From assembly GCA_965113315.1 (NCBI GenBank), contig OZ220368.1: a stretch of 64,000 nt of DNA, one strand, 5' to 3'. Below the pieces are notes generated by a model. The model was not told the origin of the DNA, did not search any database, and was given only the letters and a program-made list of their open reading frames with translations. The position numbers and the translations under genes are program-made. Below, piece after piece: positions 1-11,959 of this stretch (positions are counted from its first letter, which is position 1; each line of letters opens with the position of its first letter). This stretch comes from Podarcis vaucheri (taxonomy: Eukaryota).

Positions 1-460
1 CACAACGAGATTCACGTACTGTAATTATAGTTCCGATCCAGTCAGCAAGGAGAAGTGTGTGAATTGGCTCGACCATAGAATAGCCAATCAGTGAGGAAGG
101 GAGTCTTGTCGTTAAGCAGACTTTGTGTTTGTGGGGAGACGCTGAGGGAGGGAGGGAGGGAGTCTCCACCGTTGGTGAGGGGGCTATCTAATAACCGTTT
201 TCATATTGAAAGGAGAAGCGGCATAAGGGTTTGTTGATATAGGGGACAGCAGCGTGCGCGATACCCTGTTATTATTTTGTACGTCTGCTTTTCATTTTAC
301 TTAAGCACTGAAAGCGAAAACATGTTGGTTGAATTTCCTCGACGCAAGGAGAAATTACTGTCGTTCCTTTATTTACTTCTCAGCGCTGACGCTGGAGCCC
401 AATTCCAACATGGCTCGGTTTTCAACTGGCGAGGTGGCAAATCTGTATTGTTTATTGTTT
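1..460. promoter_or_regulatory. CpG-enriched promoter flank with two CCAAT (NF-Y) boxes; probably upstream of KDM4A
   Basis: About 20 CpGs in 460 bp, against a CpG-depleted remainder; ATTGG at 63-67 and AGCCAATCAG at 82-91; (GGGA)3GGG at 146-160. The KDM4A assignment comes only from known amniote synteny (KDM4A follows PTPRF on the same strand). Confidence 0.55.
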
Positions 461-474
461 TGCCAAAGAGATTG

Positions 475-600
475 TAGAATCGTAAAGCTGGAAGGGACTT
501 CCAAGGGTCATCTAGTCCAACAGCCTGCGACTCAGGAGTCACAACTAAGGAATCCCAGAGAGATGGCCACCTCTGTTTAAAAACATCCAATGAAGAAGGG
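475..600 (-). mobile_element. CR1 LINE 3' fragment
   Basis: tagaatcgtaaagctggaagggacttccaagggtcatctagtccaac is the reverse complement of a typical CR1 3' terminus. Confidence 0.7.
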
Positions 601-706
601 AGAGGCATGTTGTACATACCGGTAATAATTTAGTAACAATTCGGAAGTTAGCCAGGGGTTACTGGAGGGAGAAGGCTTTTTTCTGCACAGGTGTCCAGAC
701 TAAATA

Positions 707-842
707 AGAGATAGGGAACCTACAGCCCTCCAGATATTGTGGGATTACCGATCCCATCATCCCCAGCCAGAGTGGCCAATGGTTAGGGGTGATGCCAGTT
801 GTGCTCCACCAGCATCAGGAGGACCCTATTTTGGCCGCCTCT
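707..842. mobile_element. Decayed palindromic hAT-type MITE (family of 40902-41037)
   Basis: ccctccagatattgtgggattac...cccatcatcccc...ggggtgatg matches the better-preserved copy at 40902. Confidence 0.6.
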
Positions 843-1036
843 AAGAGATGCATGACATACAGAATCACACCAGGGGCAATAGAGTTACAGAAACCGACAA
901 TTGCCCAAATGTTTCTTTCTATGTTACTCTTAAAAGTGAACCTAGCAGAGGCTGGGACTGTTAATCTTTAATCATATAATATCTAATCTTTGAATGGTTT
1001 CCAGAGAGAGACTAATACCCGTAGACTGGCCTTAGT

Positions 1037-1165
1037 CTGCTGGATCAGGCCTGCTGGATCAGGCCAACGGTCCATCTAGTCTAGCATCCTGTTCTCACAG
1101 TGGCCATCCAGATGGCTGTGGGAAGCCAGCAAGCAGGATTTAAGCACAAGAGCACTGTCCTTTCA
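1037..1165 (-). mobile_element. CR1-type LINE 3' fragment
   Basis: ctgctggatcaggcc..ccatctagtctagcatcctgttctcacagtggcc is the reverse complement of the CR1-type 3' end also seen at 17729-17843. Confidence 0.6.
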
Positions 1166-4100
1166 CTGTGTTATCTACCAGGCAGTCTCATCTGTTGACT
1201 ATGAGGAACATGAATTTAAGGCATAATGCATTCCAGAATAAATTCTGGTTTGCCAGTAACAAGATATCATTCATTTGGCATAGGGTAAGGCAGCACCAGA
1301 CCAATGGCGAGAAAGGGGTACTACTAACAGGCAGGGAAATGTGGAGCCCAGTTCTAGCCATGTTTACTTATCTCACTGGTTTCATTTGAATTTGCTCCAA
1401 TGTAAGCATGGACAGTATTGCAGCCATTCATCTTCATGTTTATTATTGGGTTCAATTGTTCTTCAGTTTTCTGCCGCAAACAGCCTAACCCTATTTATCT
1501 GGTAATAAGCCCTACGTAATTTAATAGGAATCACTTCTGAGTGGACAGCTCATAAAATTAATGCAGCATACAATTTTCATATGTTTACTACCTTTAAATC
1601 TACATGCAAAATCAAATACCAGCTGATTTAGGGTTGTGGAAAACTTTCCAGAAATGTTTATGGAATTTTTCACAATTTATTCCCCCCCCCCCCGTAAGCC
1701 CACATAACTAACTGAACTGATGCCTTTCTTACTGGGCTTATTTTAATATTAATACAGGGCACACATGTTGAAAATGACCCCTTTGTTTGAAACAGTACAG
1801 TTGTCTTTTAAAATCTTGCCTAGAACTGAAGATTTATGCTGGGCAGAGATCTGATTCTAGGGTGATACCAAATCACCTTCTGAGGGAAGACCAATACACC
1901 CCTCCAGCTACGTTGGGTATCTCTAATCCTGAGGAAAAACCAAGCATGCTTGTCATATTTATAGAGACTCTTTACTCACATTAGCATGCCATGGCTGAAA
2001 AAAGCATTAACCACCAGAAACAGCGCTGTCACCAGCAATAGACACTGATGCAAGTCCTAGAAGGACAGGGATCCATGTACTTACTTAAAATTATAATCTA
2101 TCCTGAGTCACATGGATGGTTTGGGCTATAAAACAAAAATAACTATGTCCTAGTGAGCCACTTGTTTGGCAAGGTTGCCCAAGTCAGACCCCAATGACCA
2201 TGTGAGTCAAATTCTCCTTTCCCAGCATTTAGTTAGGATGGTCCTATTGAACCAGTAGAATTGCTGGGAAATTTTCCGGAAAACCTCTCAGCCACTGATG
2301 AGAAATGTCAGTTATTCTTGGGAACTCCTAAGGTTTGAGACAGTAGCACCCGCAAATTTTGGATCAGAAGAAATAAAGACAAGTTAATAAAATGTTGCTG
2401 GCTGGTCTCCAAAGACTTCCATAGACACGGTCTAAAAAACTTTAGTTATCCTGAGAGAGCAAGCAGATGACTGACGACTAGCTGTGAGGGAAACGCTGTG
2501 TGTTCTCAGCTTCTCCATAGGTCTGGCAGGCACGTTGTTTCATTACTAAAGTCCTGGAGCAACTTTTAATATCATTCAGGATGACACAAGCCATTTTTTA
2601 TGATGATAAATGGTCTAGAATCACCACCAAAGGAAGCATGTAAGGCTGGTGACACATTTATTGTTACCATGGCTGCTCCTGGCTGGAGATTACTTATTAA
2701 AAACCAGCAAGAGGGCAGCAGTAGACAGCTGTTTGAAGGGACCAGAATTATTCCTGCTCTCAGACACAATCATAGCCAGAATGAGTGAGAGGAACTTTCT
2801 GCCTTCGGCGAAACTAATAAATGAAAATATTACTTTAAGTGGCAAGGGGTAGGAGAGTTTTCCCCCACCCCCTAGATTTGGATCATATCTGAACCTTCTA
2901 TGTGGAACAAATTGAATCGATTGCAATCTGATTTTACAATAATGTTTTCTTCTTTGAAATAATACCTTTATTTGAGCAAATGCATATTTTAAACCAATTA
3001 ATTCAAAGTGTTCTTTCTTTGGCTATGTTTGTACTTCAGGGCTGAACTACATGAGCCATATCTCTTTTTTATTCTGTGGATTTATGCATTTTTATTTTTG
3101 GCTAAGCTACATTAGTTTATCAGCCTTCTCTAATCCCAGTTTTAAATGTGGACAATCAATTCTGTGGTGCATTTCTAAGAGGTTTTGTGTCAATTTTGAA
3201 AGCAGTGGCAATGAAGCCTCTGGTTCCTGAGTTGGCTGAGCTACTGTGAGGTTTAACAGTTTCTGTGAACATTCCATCTGCTGAGGGAAATTATTAGGCT
3301 GTGGCTTCATATTGCTCCAACTTTGCCAGATGAAGTAAACAAAACAAAACAAAATCTCTCACATGGAGAATGTGGACTGGAAAGCTCAGCAGGAAGAGGT
3401 CCCAGGAGGAAGCAGCACTCACAGGTAAGCAGCCTGAACACATGGAGGCTAAAGGAATGTATTCCAGAAATGGAAAGCTGAGGGAAGGTTGGATAAGGCA
3501 GAGAGGGGTCTGAGGAAAACAAGAACAGAAAAAGATGGTTTAGAAGAGTGAGATAAAAAATGAGCTAATGAAAGGGGAAAGAGTTTGTGTGTTCTTGGTA
3601 GGAGTGCAAAACTGGTCAAGTTGTCTAAAGAAAGTGAGTACACACTTGAGTACACGTAGAAAGAGCGTACACATTCAAAGGAGCTGAGGAAATAGCAGGT
3701 GGCAGAAAGTTGAAGAGACTAAGGGCCTAACCAAATGCACACATGTGTATTAAATGCTTAGTGAAAGTTTGAATATAAAGTAGGGTAGTGGTGGTGAGAA
3801 GATTAACCTTTTACTCTAAAAGAAGTTTGGGGAGCAAAATCTACTCCCTCCCCTGCCTTAGCTATGTACTTCACTGTTTTATGATGCCCCTCCCCTTCAG
3901 CTCAGCTCTGATACCAAAAGTGAGGGGGCACATCTTAAAACATCAGAAAGTAAGGTGAAAACACTAACAGCATGGACTAAAGAGTGAAGACCTTCTCCCT
4001 CCCACCACAAAAGAGGAAGAATAAATTTTGAATCTTCAAACTAATCTTCAAATTCAAACCAGCAGTCAGGCAGGAGGAAGGGAAGTGTGTACTGGAGGAA

Positions 4101-4191
4101 GACACTTGATGGTTCCAATTTTCTTTCCCAGCCAGATATCTTCCTGGCACTAGCTGTTTTTTACCCTAAGCCTTCTACTTATAATCTACTT

Positions 4192-4329
4192 AGAATGGTT
4201 GGACAGTGTTCTTGAAGCTACCAACTTGAGTGTGACCAAACTGCGGGAGGCAGTGGAAGACAGGAGTGCCTGGCGTGCTCTGGTCCATGGAGTCACGAAG
4301 AGTGAGACATGACTAAACAACAACAACAA
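4192..4329 (+). mobile_element. BovB (RTE) LINE 3' fragment with (CAA)n tail
   Basis: Near-identical to the reverse complement of 13840-13980 (WLDSVLEATN..LREAVEDRSAWRALVHGVTKS). Confidence 0.9.
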
Positions 4330-4477
4330 GCCACTTTTGTTTCTGTCAACCCAAAGGAAAGGATGCAGACTGTCCTTTATGTGTATCTTAATTTTGTTAA
4401 GCAGCTCCTTTTCACAGAATTCCTCTTGCACAAAAACATTTAAAAATAATAATTAGCCTTGCAGTACAAGAGGTGTG

Positions 4478-4824
4478 GGGTTGCGGGTGGCGCTGTAGGT
4501 TAAACCTAGGACTTGCCGATCAGAAGGTCTGCGGTTCGAATCTCCGCAACGGCGTGAGCTCCCGTTGCTCGGTCCCTGCTCCTGCCAACCTAGCAGTTCG
4601 AAAGCACGTCAAAGTGCAAGTAGATAAATAGGTACTGCTCCGGTGGGAAGGTAAACGGTGCTTCCGTGCGCTGCTCTGGTTTGCCAGAAGCGGCTTAGTC
4701 ATGCTGGCCACATGATCTGGAAGCTGTACGCCGGCTCCCTCAGCCAATAAAGCGAGATGAGCGCTGCAACCCCAGAGTAGGTCATGACTGGACCTAATGG
4801 TCAGGGGTCCCTTTACCTTTACCA
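4478..4824 (+). mobile_element. Sauria SINE, full length
   Basis: tRNA-like head (TGGCGCTGTAGG A-box, GGTTCGAATC B-box), (ACCTTT)n-type tail, perfect 13-bp TSD TACAAGAGGTGTG (4465-4477 / 4825-4837). Confidence 0.93.
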
Positions 4825-5995
4825 TACAAGAGGTGTGAAAGGTAATGGGGAAGAAACAAATTGGAATGGGAACAACTCCAAATCCTTTCCTGGCTTGAAC
4901 TGCTCTTGTGCAAACCCAAATTTCTATTTCTTTTTTTTTTTTAGCTTTACGGGCACAGATAAGCAAATGGACCTCTGGCTTCAAATCACAAATCACATTT
5001 GCCTTAATTTACTTAATTGTAAAAATTATATATTCAGTGCTTTTCAGCACTGCCATGGTGCAACAATCTGGATTAAGAGGTGTGTGTGTGCATACACACA
5101 CATTTCGTCTTTCGGGGGGGGGGAGTTGCGGGAGGGGGAAGAGCTATCAGAATGGGTGGTGCCCAGGTCACTCTTGCCAAAATCTCCAGTTGTGCTGACA
5201 GGTTCTAAAAGGTTGTCAGTCCTAAATGATTGACATTGGAGTGGTTTTAGCTGGAAGCTATAGGCTATAAGTGGTGTTCTTTCACTTTCATGGACATCCC
5301 CACGCCCCCACAAAAATGGCCTACAATATACCAAGAATATTTTCTCCCGATGATGCCTAAAGGACATCTAGCTAACAGACTATGCCATTTTGTACCTTTG
5401 CACATTTACTTCTGATTTGGGAAGAACAGATCAGTTGTGGATTTGCCTTGGGAAAACACAACTACTCCCACAGCAAAGGAGAGTGAGAGAGGCAAATGAC
5501 AAACCAGACCTCACTTTCAGAGAAATAGCTCACAGGTGAACTGCAATTGTAGCTTCAGGTCACTAACATTTGCAGAATGCAAGAGCCACTATTATACCAG
5601 ACTACAGTGCTGGAACAGTGGCTTATGTGACAGCTTCAGTGAGGAAATGCTGCAGGATGCCTTCTTTATGTGAATGAGCCTGGTTGTAAAGAATGGCTGT
5701 GGTGGTGGCGGTGAAATCCTCCGATCTTAAAAATGTAGGAATTTAAAAATCACTAGAGCATAAGTACAAACGACTTGCAGCCTTTTTGTTTAATGTTTCA
5801 GATTCTTTACTTTTTATTAACATCACATGTTCCATCTTTTCTCCTTAACCATGAGGACTAGAATGTGACTTTTAGAAAAATGAAGTTTGGCATTCTTGGG
5901 ATAATAACAGGAGCTCTGGCTGTACATAAGTGTTACTTGTGCTGTATGTAAGCCATGGGATATTTGTTGCCCAGCCTGCCAGACATAAGCAAGTA

Positions 5996-6474
5996 CAGTG
6001 GCGTAGGAAGGGGTGTGTGATGGGTGTGGGCTGTTCCGGGTGTCATCACTGAGGAGGGTGACAAAATGACAAAAATGTGAGGGTTTTTTAAAAAATTGGG
6101 CTCACTAAACTTTTTAGTTCAGTCAACAAACGCAACAAAACGCGGCTGGCACTGGGCGCCACACCGCGGGGGCTGGCGCTTACCGCGGGGCCTGCAGCAT
6201 GCCCAAGCTGTGCGTCTCTCCTGGGAGTGACATGGTGGCTTGGGTGCCTGCAGGCTCCAGGCACTGCCTGAAACAGCAGCATGGGGCTTGCATCTGCCCA
6301 CCGCCTCAGCCACCCTACAGTTGAGGGGGAGGTTGTGGAGAGGCTCCATGCAGCGCACCCTGCCTTGGCTTGCCCCCCAATAGGCGGCTTGCCCCGCCCC
6401 ATGGATGGCTCACCCTGCCCCCATGGGCAGCTCGCCCTGCTCCCCGGGCACCCAAGCGGCTAGCTATGCCACTG
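5996..6474. mobile_element. Non-autonomous hAT-type DNA transposon
   Basis: TIRs CAGTGGCGTAG / CTATGCCACTG; 8-bp TSD AGCAAGTA (5988-5995) / AGCAGGTA (6475-6482); GC-rich interior. Confidence 0.85.
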
Positions 6475-7301
6475 AGCAGGTACAAAGTACTTTCATAAAC
6501 AGCCATTGTTGGGGATTTGTGTTATCAGTCTTGTGAGATGATTAGAGTAATGTAAATTTGTGGGTACATCCATTTCTGGTTCCCTCTTAGCCCCACAGCC
6601 CCTGAGGTAGAATGCTGAATTATTTGTGAAAGGAAGTGGTCGCTTTTACTTGCTCATGAGTATTTCTATTCAGTCTAATAGAAGAGAAATGGGCTTTTAA
6701 AGTCTCCAGGGACCTTGCTTTATAGATGTAATTTACCTTCAAAGTGTCTCAGATATGCCGCTAGAGAGAATTTCTAAGAGTGCAATTGCATTAGGTATGA
6801 ATGCAGAAGGCAAACTACAGATAAAATGCAGAAGACATTAAGAGAATCAAGAGGGAGTGAGAAAAAGCTAAAAAATATGAAAGGAATGAAACATTATAGA
6901 AGTGAGGAAAACAAAGACTGAAAGATTGAAAGAAAGATTGAAAAGAAGCTGCACAGATTCAGCTAAAGCATGCTAAAAAGGGTGATCTGGAAGGGAGAGA
7001 AGAGGATGTTTCAGTGGTATGTGAATATTGGGAAACATGCAACTAAACTGGGCCTTTTATTCAAGAACATGTTAAAGTAGTGGACTGAATTATTTGATGG
7101 TATTTTTCCTTGTACATTAAGTGCAAAATTGTTAAAATGCTTGAATAGGGAGGAGTGTATATGTGACTCAGGCATTTACAGATGTAAAGTTAGAATGAGC
7201 TGGATTGTGCAATTATTCTTGGTCTCATGCATCTTTATTATGTGGTATGTCATAGCAAAAGAAACCTGTGATATTGTAACACTCTTTGCTCCTTCTCAGT
7301 A

Positions 7302-7668
7302 CAGTGGTACAGTACCTTGGTTTACAAACTTAATCCGTTCCAGAAGTCTGTTCTTAAACCGAACCCGTTCTTAAACCGAGGTGCGCTTTCCCTAATGTGG
7401 CCTCCCGCCACCAGTGCCCTTCCACCCTTCGGCTTCCATTCTTAGACCGAGGTAAAGTTTGCAAACTGGGACACTACTTCCGGTTTTGTGGAGTTCGTTA
7501 ACTGAATAGTTCTTAAACTGAGGTCTTGGGTTACAGACGCTTCAGGTTACAGACTGCTAACCCAGAAATAGTACCTTGGGTTAAGAACTTTGCTTCAGGA
7601 TGAGAACAGAAATCGCGCAGCGGTAGCGGGAGGCCCCATTAACTAAAGTGGTACCTCAGGTTAAGAAC
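7302..7668. mobile_element. Two fused Tc1/mariner (Tigger-like) MITEs
   Basis: TA + CAGTGGTAC left TIR; 7525-7668 is the reverse complement of the MITE at 23537-23762. Confidence 0.75.
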
Positions 7669-7750
7669 TTCCCTATACATGGCTACCTTCCAATATCTTC
7701 TAAAAGCTGTATAATTACTTATCTTCTTGGCTTGCGGGGTTGCATAACCC

Positions 7751-7889
7751 CATAGCTGCCAACATTTATCCGATTAAAATAGGGACATCCTAAGGAAAAG
7801 TGGAACATTCAGGGATAAAATCAGAAACCAGGACGACTTCTGTAAATGTGGGACTGTCCCTGGAAAATAGGGACACTTGGAGGGTCTAG
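7751..7889. mobile_element. Short non-autonomous DNA-transposon-like element
   Basis: Termini catagctgccaac ... cttggagggtct with repeated gggac motifs; related starts at ~10469 and ~19465. Confidence 0.45.
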
Positions 7890-8152
7890 AATACTCTTCT
7901 TTCTCCTTCAACCACAAGGGGAATGCAGATTTACCATCCCATTCTTCCCCTGGCTCTTGCACCCATTCTCCTCTCCTGCCTACTTAAACAAGCAGGATGT
8001 TTGTGCTGTTCCATAGGAGATGGAAAGTGAGGAAGATAATATTTTGCGAAGAAGCTACATCTGAAAAATTCCTAAGCAGATAGAGAGGTTCTGTGAGTTA
8101 TTACCTGGTAAGACTCTGGGGCAGAACACCCAAAAACCAATTTTATGGTATT

Positions 8153-10047
8153 TGTCACGGTCCGGTTCACGGGCGATCGAAGTCCTGGCTGGGGATGTTG
8201 GGACCGGGGGCAAGATAGCGGGGTGGGAGCAGGAACGGGAGTCCAGAAGACAGGAGTCAGAAAACCTAGATTCCGAGGGTTAGAGATCCGGGAGTCAAGA
8301 AGCCAAGGGTCCAACGTTCAGGAAGCAAGGAGTCATGAAGTCAAGGGTCTGAGAGTCAAGGAGTCAAACGCAGAAAGGCAGGAAACGTGCTGTTGTGGCA
8401 AAGAGCTGAAGGGAAAATGCTGACCTTATATCCCTTCCCTGCTCTTGCCACCAGGTGTTGTGAGTTACCAATTGGCCTCACCTGTGTGGCTGCGCCTTGC
8501 CTCTTCAGAACAAACTTAGGAAGGCCCCAGTCCTGCAGAGTCCTATTGTCACAGGGCCTGGCTCTTGCACGCACATCTGACAGTACTCCCCCCCATAGGA
8601 AAATGGGGTTCCATCCCTGGTCATGGCCCAAGCTTGTCTGGGAACCTCCGATGGAAGGCCCGTACTTTGGTGGGCGTGTGCATGAAGTCGGCCGGCTCCC
8701 ACAATCGTTCCTCTGGCCCGTAGCCCACCCAGTCAATTAGACAGTAGAGCTTGCCACGGAGCCATTTCGAGTCCAGAATCTGGGCAACCTGGAACTCATC
8801 ATGGCCGTCAACGTGGACTGGCGGTGGGGCAATGCTTCAGCTGGGATACGTGAAACACTGGGTGGATCTTCAGGGAGGGGGGAAGCTCCAACTTGTAGGC
8901 GACTGGATTGATCTGCTGCAGGGTGGTGAATGGTCCCTGGTCCACCTTAGCCGACGGACGTCCAGTGCGGTGGTGCTCCAATGACAGTCGGACCTTATCC
9001 CCAACCTGGAACGCAGGCCCCTGCTGGCGCGGTCGATCCGCTTGCGCCTTATAATCTGCCTTGGCTCTCGCTAGGTGCCATATCAGGTCAGCTTGTGTTT
9101 CCTGGATGTGGGAGACCCGATTGGCGGAAGGCACAAGAGATGCCGCCGGTAGTTAGCGTAGAAAGGGCTCTGTCCCGTGGAGGCATGGCAGGTGTTGTTA
9201 TAGGCAAACTCAGCCAGTGGCAGAAGGTCCACCCAATCATCCTGATGGTAGCTCAGGAACCAGTGGAGATATTGCTCCAGGACTTGATTAACCCTCTCCG
9301 TCTGGCCATGTGTTTGAGGGTGGTATGCGGAAGAGAGGCGCCTCTCAATACTCAGTCCCTTTAGGAAGGCCGCCCAGAACCGGGACATGAACTGGGGACC
9401 CCTATCGGAGATCACCGCATCCGGGAGCCCATGTAGCCGGAACATGGGTTCAAGAAACAAGTGGGCTGTCTGTTGCGCTGTGGGGAAGCTTCGAGCTGGG
9501 ATGAAGTGTGCCATCTTGGTGAGTGAATCCACCACCACCAGAATGACCAACTGTCCTTTGGACACAGGGAGGTCCACGATGAAGTCCATAGAAAGTGTTG
9601 ACCATGGCCTGTGGGGGAGGGGGTAATGGCTGGAGGAGCCCCAAGGGTCTCTGCCGTGGCACCTTGGTCCAATCAAAAGTCTCACAGGACCGCACATACT
9701 TCTTAATGTCCGCCCAAACCCCTGGCTACCAGAAAGCTCAGGCCAATAGCTGCAGTGTCTTCGCGTATCCCCCATGTCCGGCAGTTCACGTATCATGGCA
9801 CTGCTCAAGGACCTGGGTCCGGAGCAGCCCCTCTGGAATTTAGAGGCAGCTGCGATGATACACACACCCATCCCGGACATCAAGCGGCGCACCCCCCAGT
9901 CCCAAAGGCACCGGGCTAGTATCCAACCAGGCCTTGGTGAACAGTTCCTGTCGCTGTGCCTTGCCTCTTCAGAACAAACTTAGGAAGGCTCCAGTCCTGC
10001 AGAGTCCTATTGGTCACAGGGCCTGGCTCCTGCACGCACACCTGACA
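8153..10047 (-). mobile_element. Internally deleted Ty3/Gypsy chromovirus LTR retrotransposon
   Basis: TG...CA termini; perfect 5-bp TSD GTATT (8148-8152 / 10048-10052); complete 3' LTR 8153-8582; polypurine tract ~8583-8599; 5' LTR remnant 9953-10047 (4 substitutions + 1 indel vs the 3' LTR); integrase remnants between them. Confidence 0.93.
8621..9950 (-). pseudogene. Degenerate Gypsy integrase (HHCC, DDE core, GPY/F motif) plus chromodomain
   Basis: Core PWSTLSMDFIVDLP...ISDRGPQF...YHPQTHGQTERVNQ; GPY/F segment GPFTTLQQINPVAYKLELP..IHPVFHVSQLK; chromodomain at 8621-8827; stops and frameshifts in the HHCC region and between segments. Confidence 0.9.
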
Positions 10048-11053
10048 GTATTAGCCTGTTTTAGCATGTCCTGCCTGTGTTAAAGTGCTTGGGAAGCAGC
10101 AATGGTGCCACACTCATTATATGAGAATTGACCCTTGGTCAGGTCTCAATTCAGCATGAGAATAATAGAGCATTTGGAAGGGCTGGGAATATATTTTTCC
10201 TAGTGCACATGTCTCCATTCACATGTTTCACAAACACATGCTCCCTATGGCAACCAATGCCTGAGGCCTGGGTCAGTAGCTTACACTTCATTATAGTGGC
10301 AGGGCTAGATGGAGGGGGGCTACTGTTGCTGTATAAGAGTGTTTTTAGGGATATGGCAGGGTGAAATGGAGGCCCAGATGTAGCAGTGAAATGTTTGAAT
10401 ACAAAAGGCTTGGGCAGAGTGATAGCTAGGAGATGGAGAGAAAAGGAAGTAATAAAACACTAATAATTCATACCTTCCAACATCACTCAGATGAAAATCA
10501 GGACATTTTCATCTGAGGAATGCAAGGTGTTTCTGACTGGGGGGAAAGGGTGGTGGAGGAAATAGGTGCACACTTACTCAGTACATGCTCAGAGGCACTA
10601 CTGCCATCTCTTCATTACCTCACACATAACCGGATGAGACCCTAGCACTAGGCATCAGCCCTCGTTCCCTTTCCCTCTGCCCTCTTATCCATCTTGCTAG
10701 TTGCTCCGGACTCAACCATTGCTGTTGCCAGCTCCAATCTGCACTGCAGCCCTTTTAATCCCTGCCCCCCCCCTCTCTCAAAGGTGCCCTGGTGAATGAC
10801 ATCATCAGGCCAGACCATCAAACTTGCAGATCACCAAACTGCGAGGGGAAGAGAGGCAAAATCCATGCAGATCTGATCCAAAGAACCAACCTTGGAGAGT
10901 CCAATCCACTGCATGGATGGCAGGTAAGTCTCAGGCCCTGCGTGGCCTCTGCGATCTGCTGTTGCCACTCTCACTCACTGCCAGGGCAGCACTGTGAGAG
11001 GGGAACAAAGCCTTGAAATTGGGACACCCAATTTCAAGTCAGAAGATTGACCT

Positions 11054-11204
11054 CATGGGCGTAGCTAGGATTTTTGTTAGGGGGGACATGCCTTTTGTTG
11101 GGGGGGCAGAACCTCAGTTTGCTATGTATTTTTATTGAGTTTTATTGATTTAAGGGGGGCAGTTGCCCCTCCCTGCCCCCTGCACCCCCTTGCCTATGCC
11201 CATG
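11054..11204. mobile_element. hAT-type MITE
   Basis: TIRs CATGGGCGTAG / CTATGCCCATG; no clear TSD. Confidence 0.65.
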
Positions 11205-11959
11205 CTTCATCCATCAAAATTTAGGAAATATTCCCTGAGAAAATTACACATTATTTTAGCTCACAGAACAATCACAAAAAGCCATCTCTGGCTCTCCTCA
11301 TTACTCCAAATATTTCCTCTACAAAAGGAGATATCTTGGAGAACACTCCCCCAATAGTTCTTTCGCTTTCAAATCTTGCCTTAAGGGCAAATTTATGTAT
11401 GAATAGGGTGGGCCAGTGACCTAGATGCAAGAACTAAAGTATTTACCATCTCAAAAGAATGGTCAGACTGCCCAGGTAATGCAATCAGTAAAACATTATC
11501 AGGTATTCTGGCAGGCAGAAGAGAAGCCTCATACTCCTATTTCTGTTGGAGACCACTTTACAGATGCAGAATGGTGGACTTTGGTTCCCAAGGCAGTAGA
11601 AGATTCAGATGTTTTAAGGACCGCAGGGCCAAATACAAAAATCAGGAGGTTGTGCAACTGAATGCTTTGCCAATTTGTGGTTATCAGTAAGCTACAGTTT
11701 TTCCTCAGATCTGAAAAGAGGACAAAATATCAGTTAACTGGTTTAACTTGACCAGCGCTCTACCCCTGCCCAGATAAATGTACAACTTCCAATTTTTAAA
11801 CAAGGGTTGCCCCAGGGCGTGCATAAAATGTCATTGTTAATCTGTCCCAAGACTTTTCATGCAGCTAAGATGAACAGTAGGGTGCCAGTCCTCCCTGGCT
11901 GTGCTTAGATCTGAGGACACCTTAGTAAGAGAGCACATAAAAAGATTTAAAATGGCAAA

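Noticed and set aside
4478-4560. tRNA-like A/B boxes
   Set aside because: This is the head of a Sauria SINE with a TSD, not a tRNA gene; there is no complete cloverleaf.
4520-5233. 158-aa and 149-aa ORFs in the track
   Set aside because: They read through the Sauria SINE and flank. The same peptides recur at the second SINE (29421-29995), so they are repeat artefacts.
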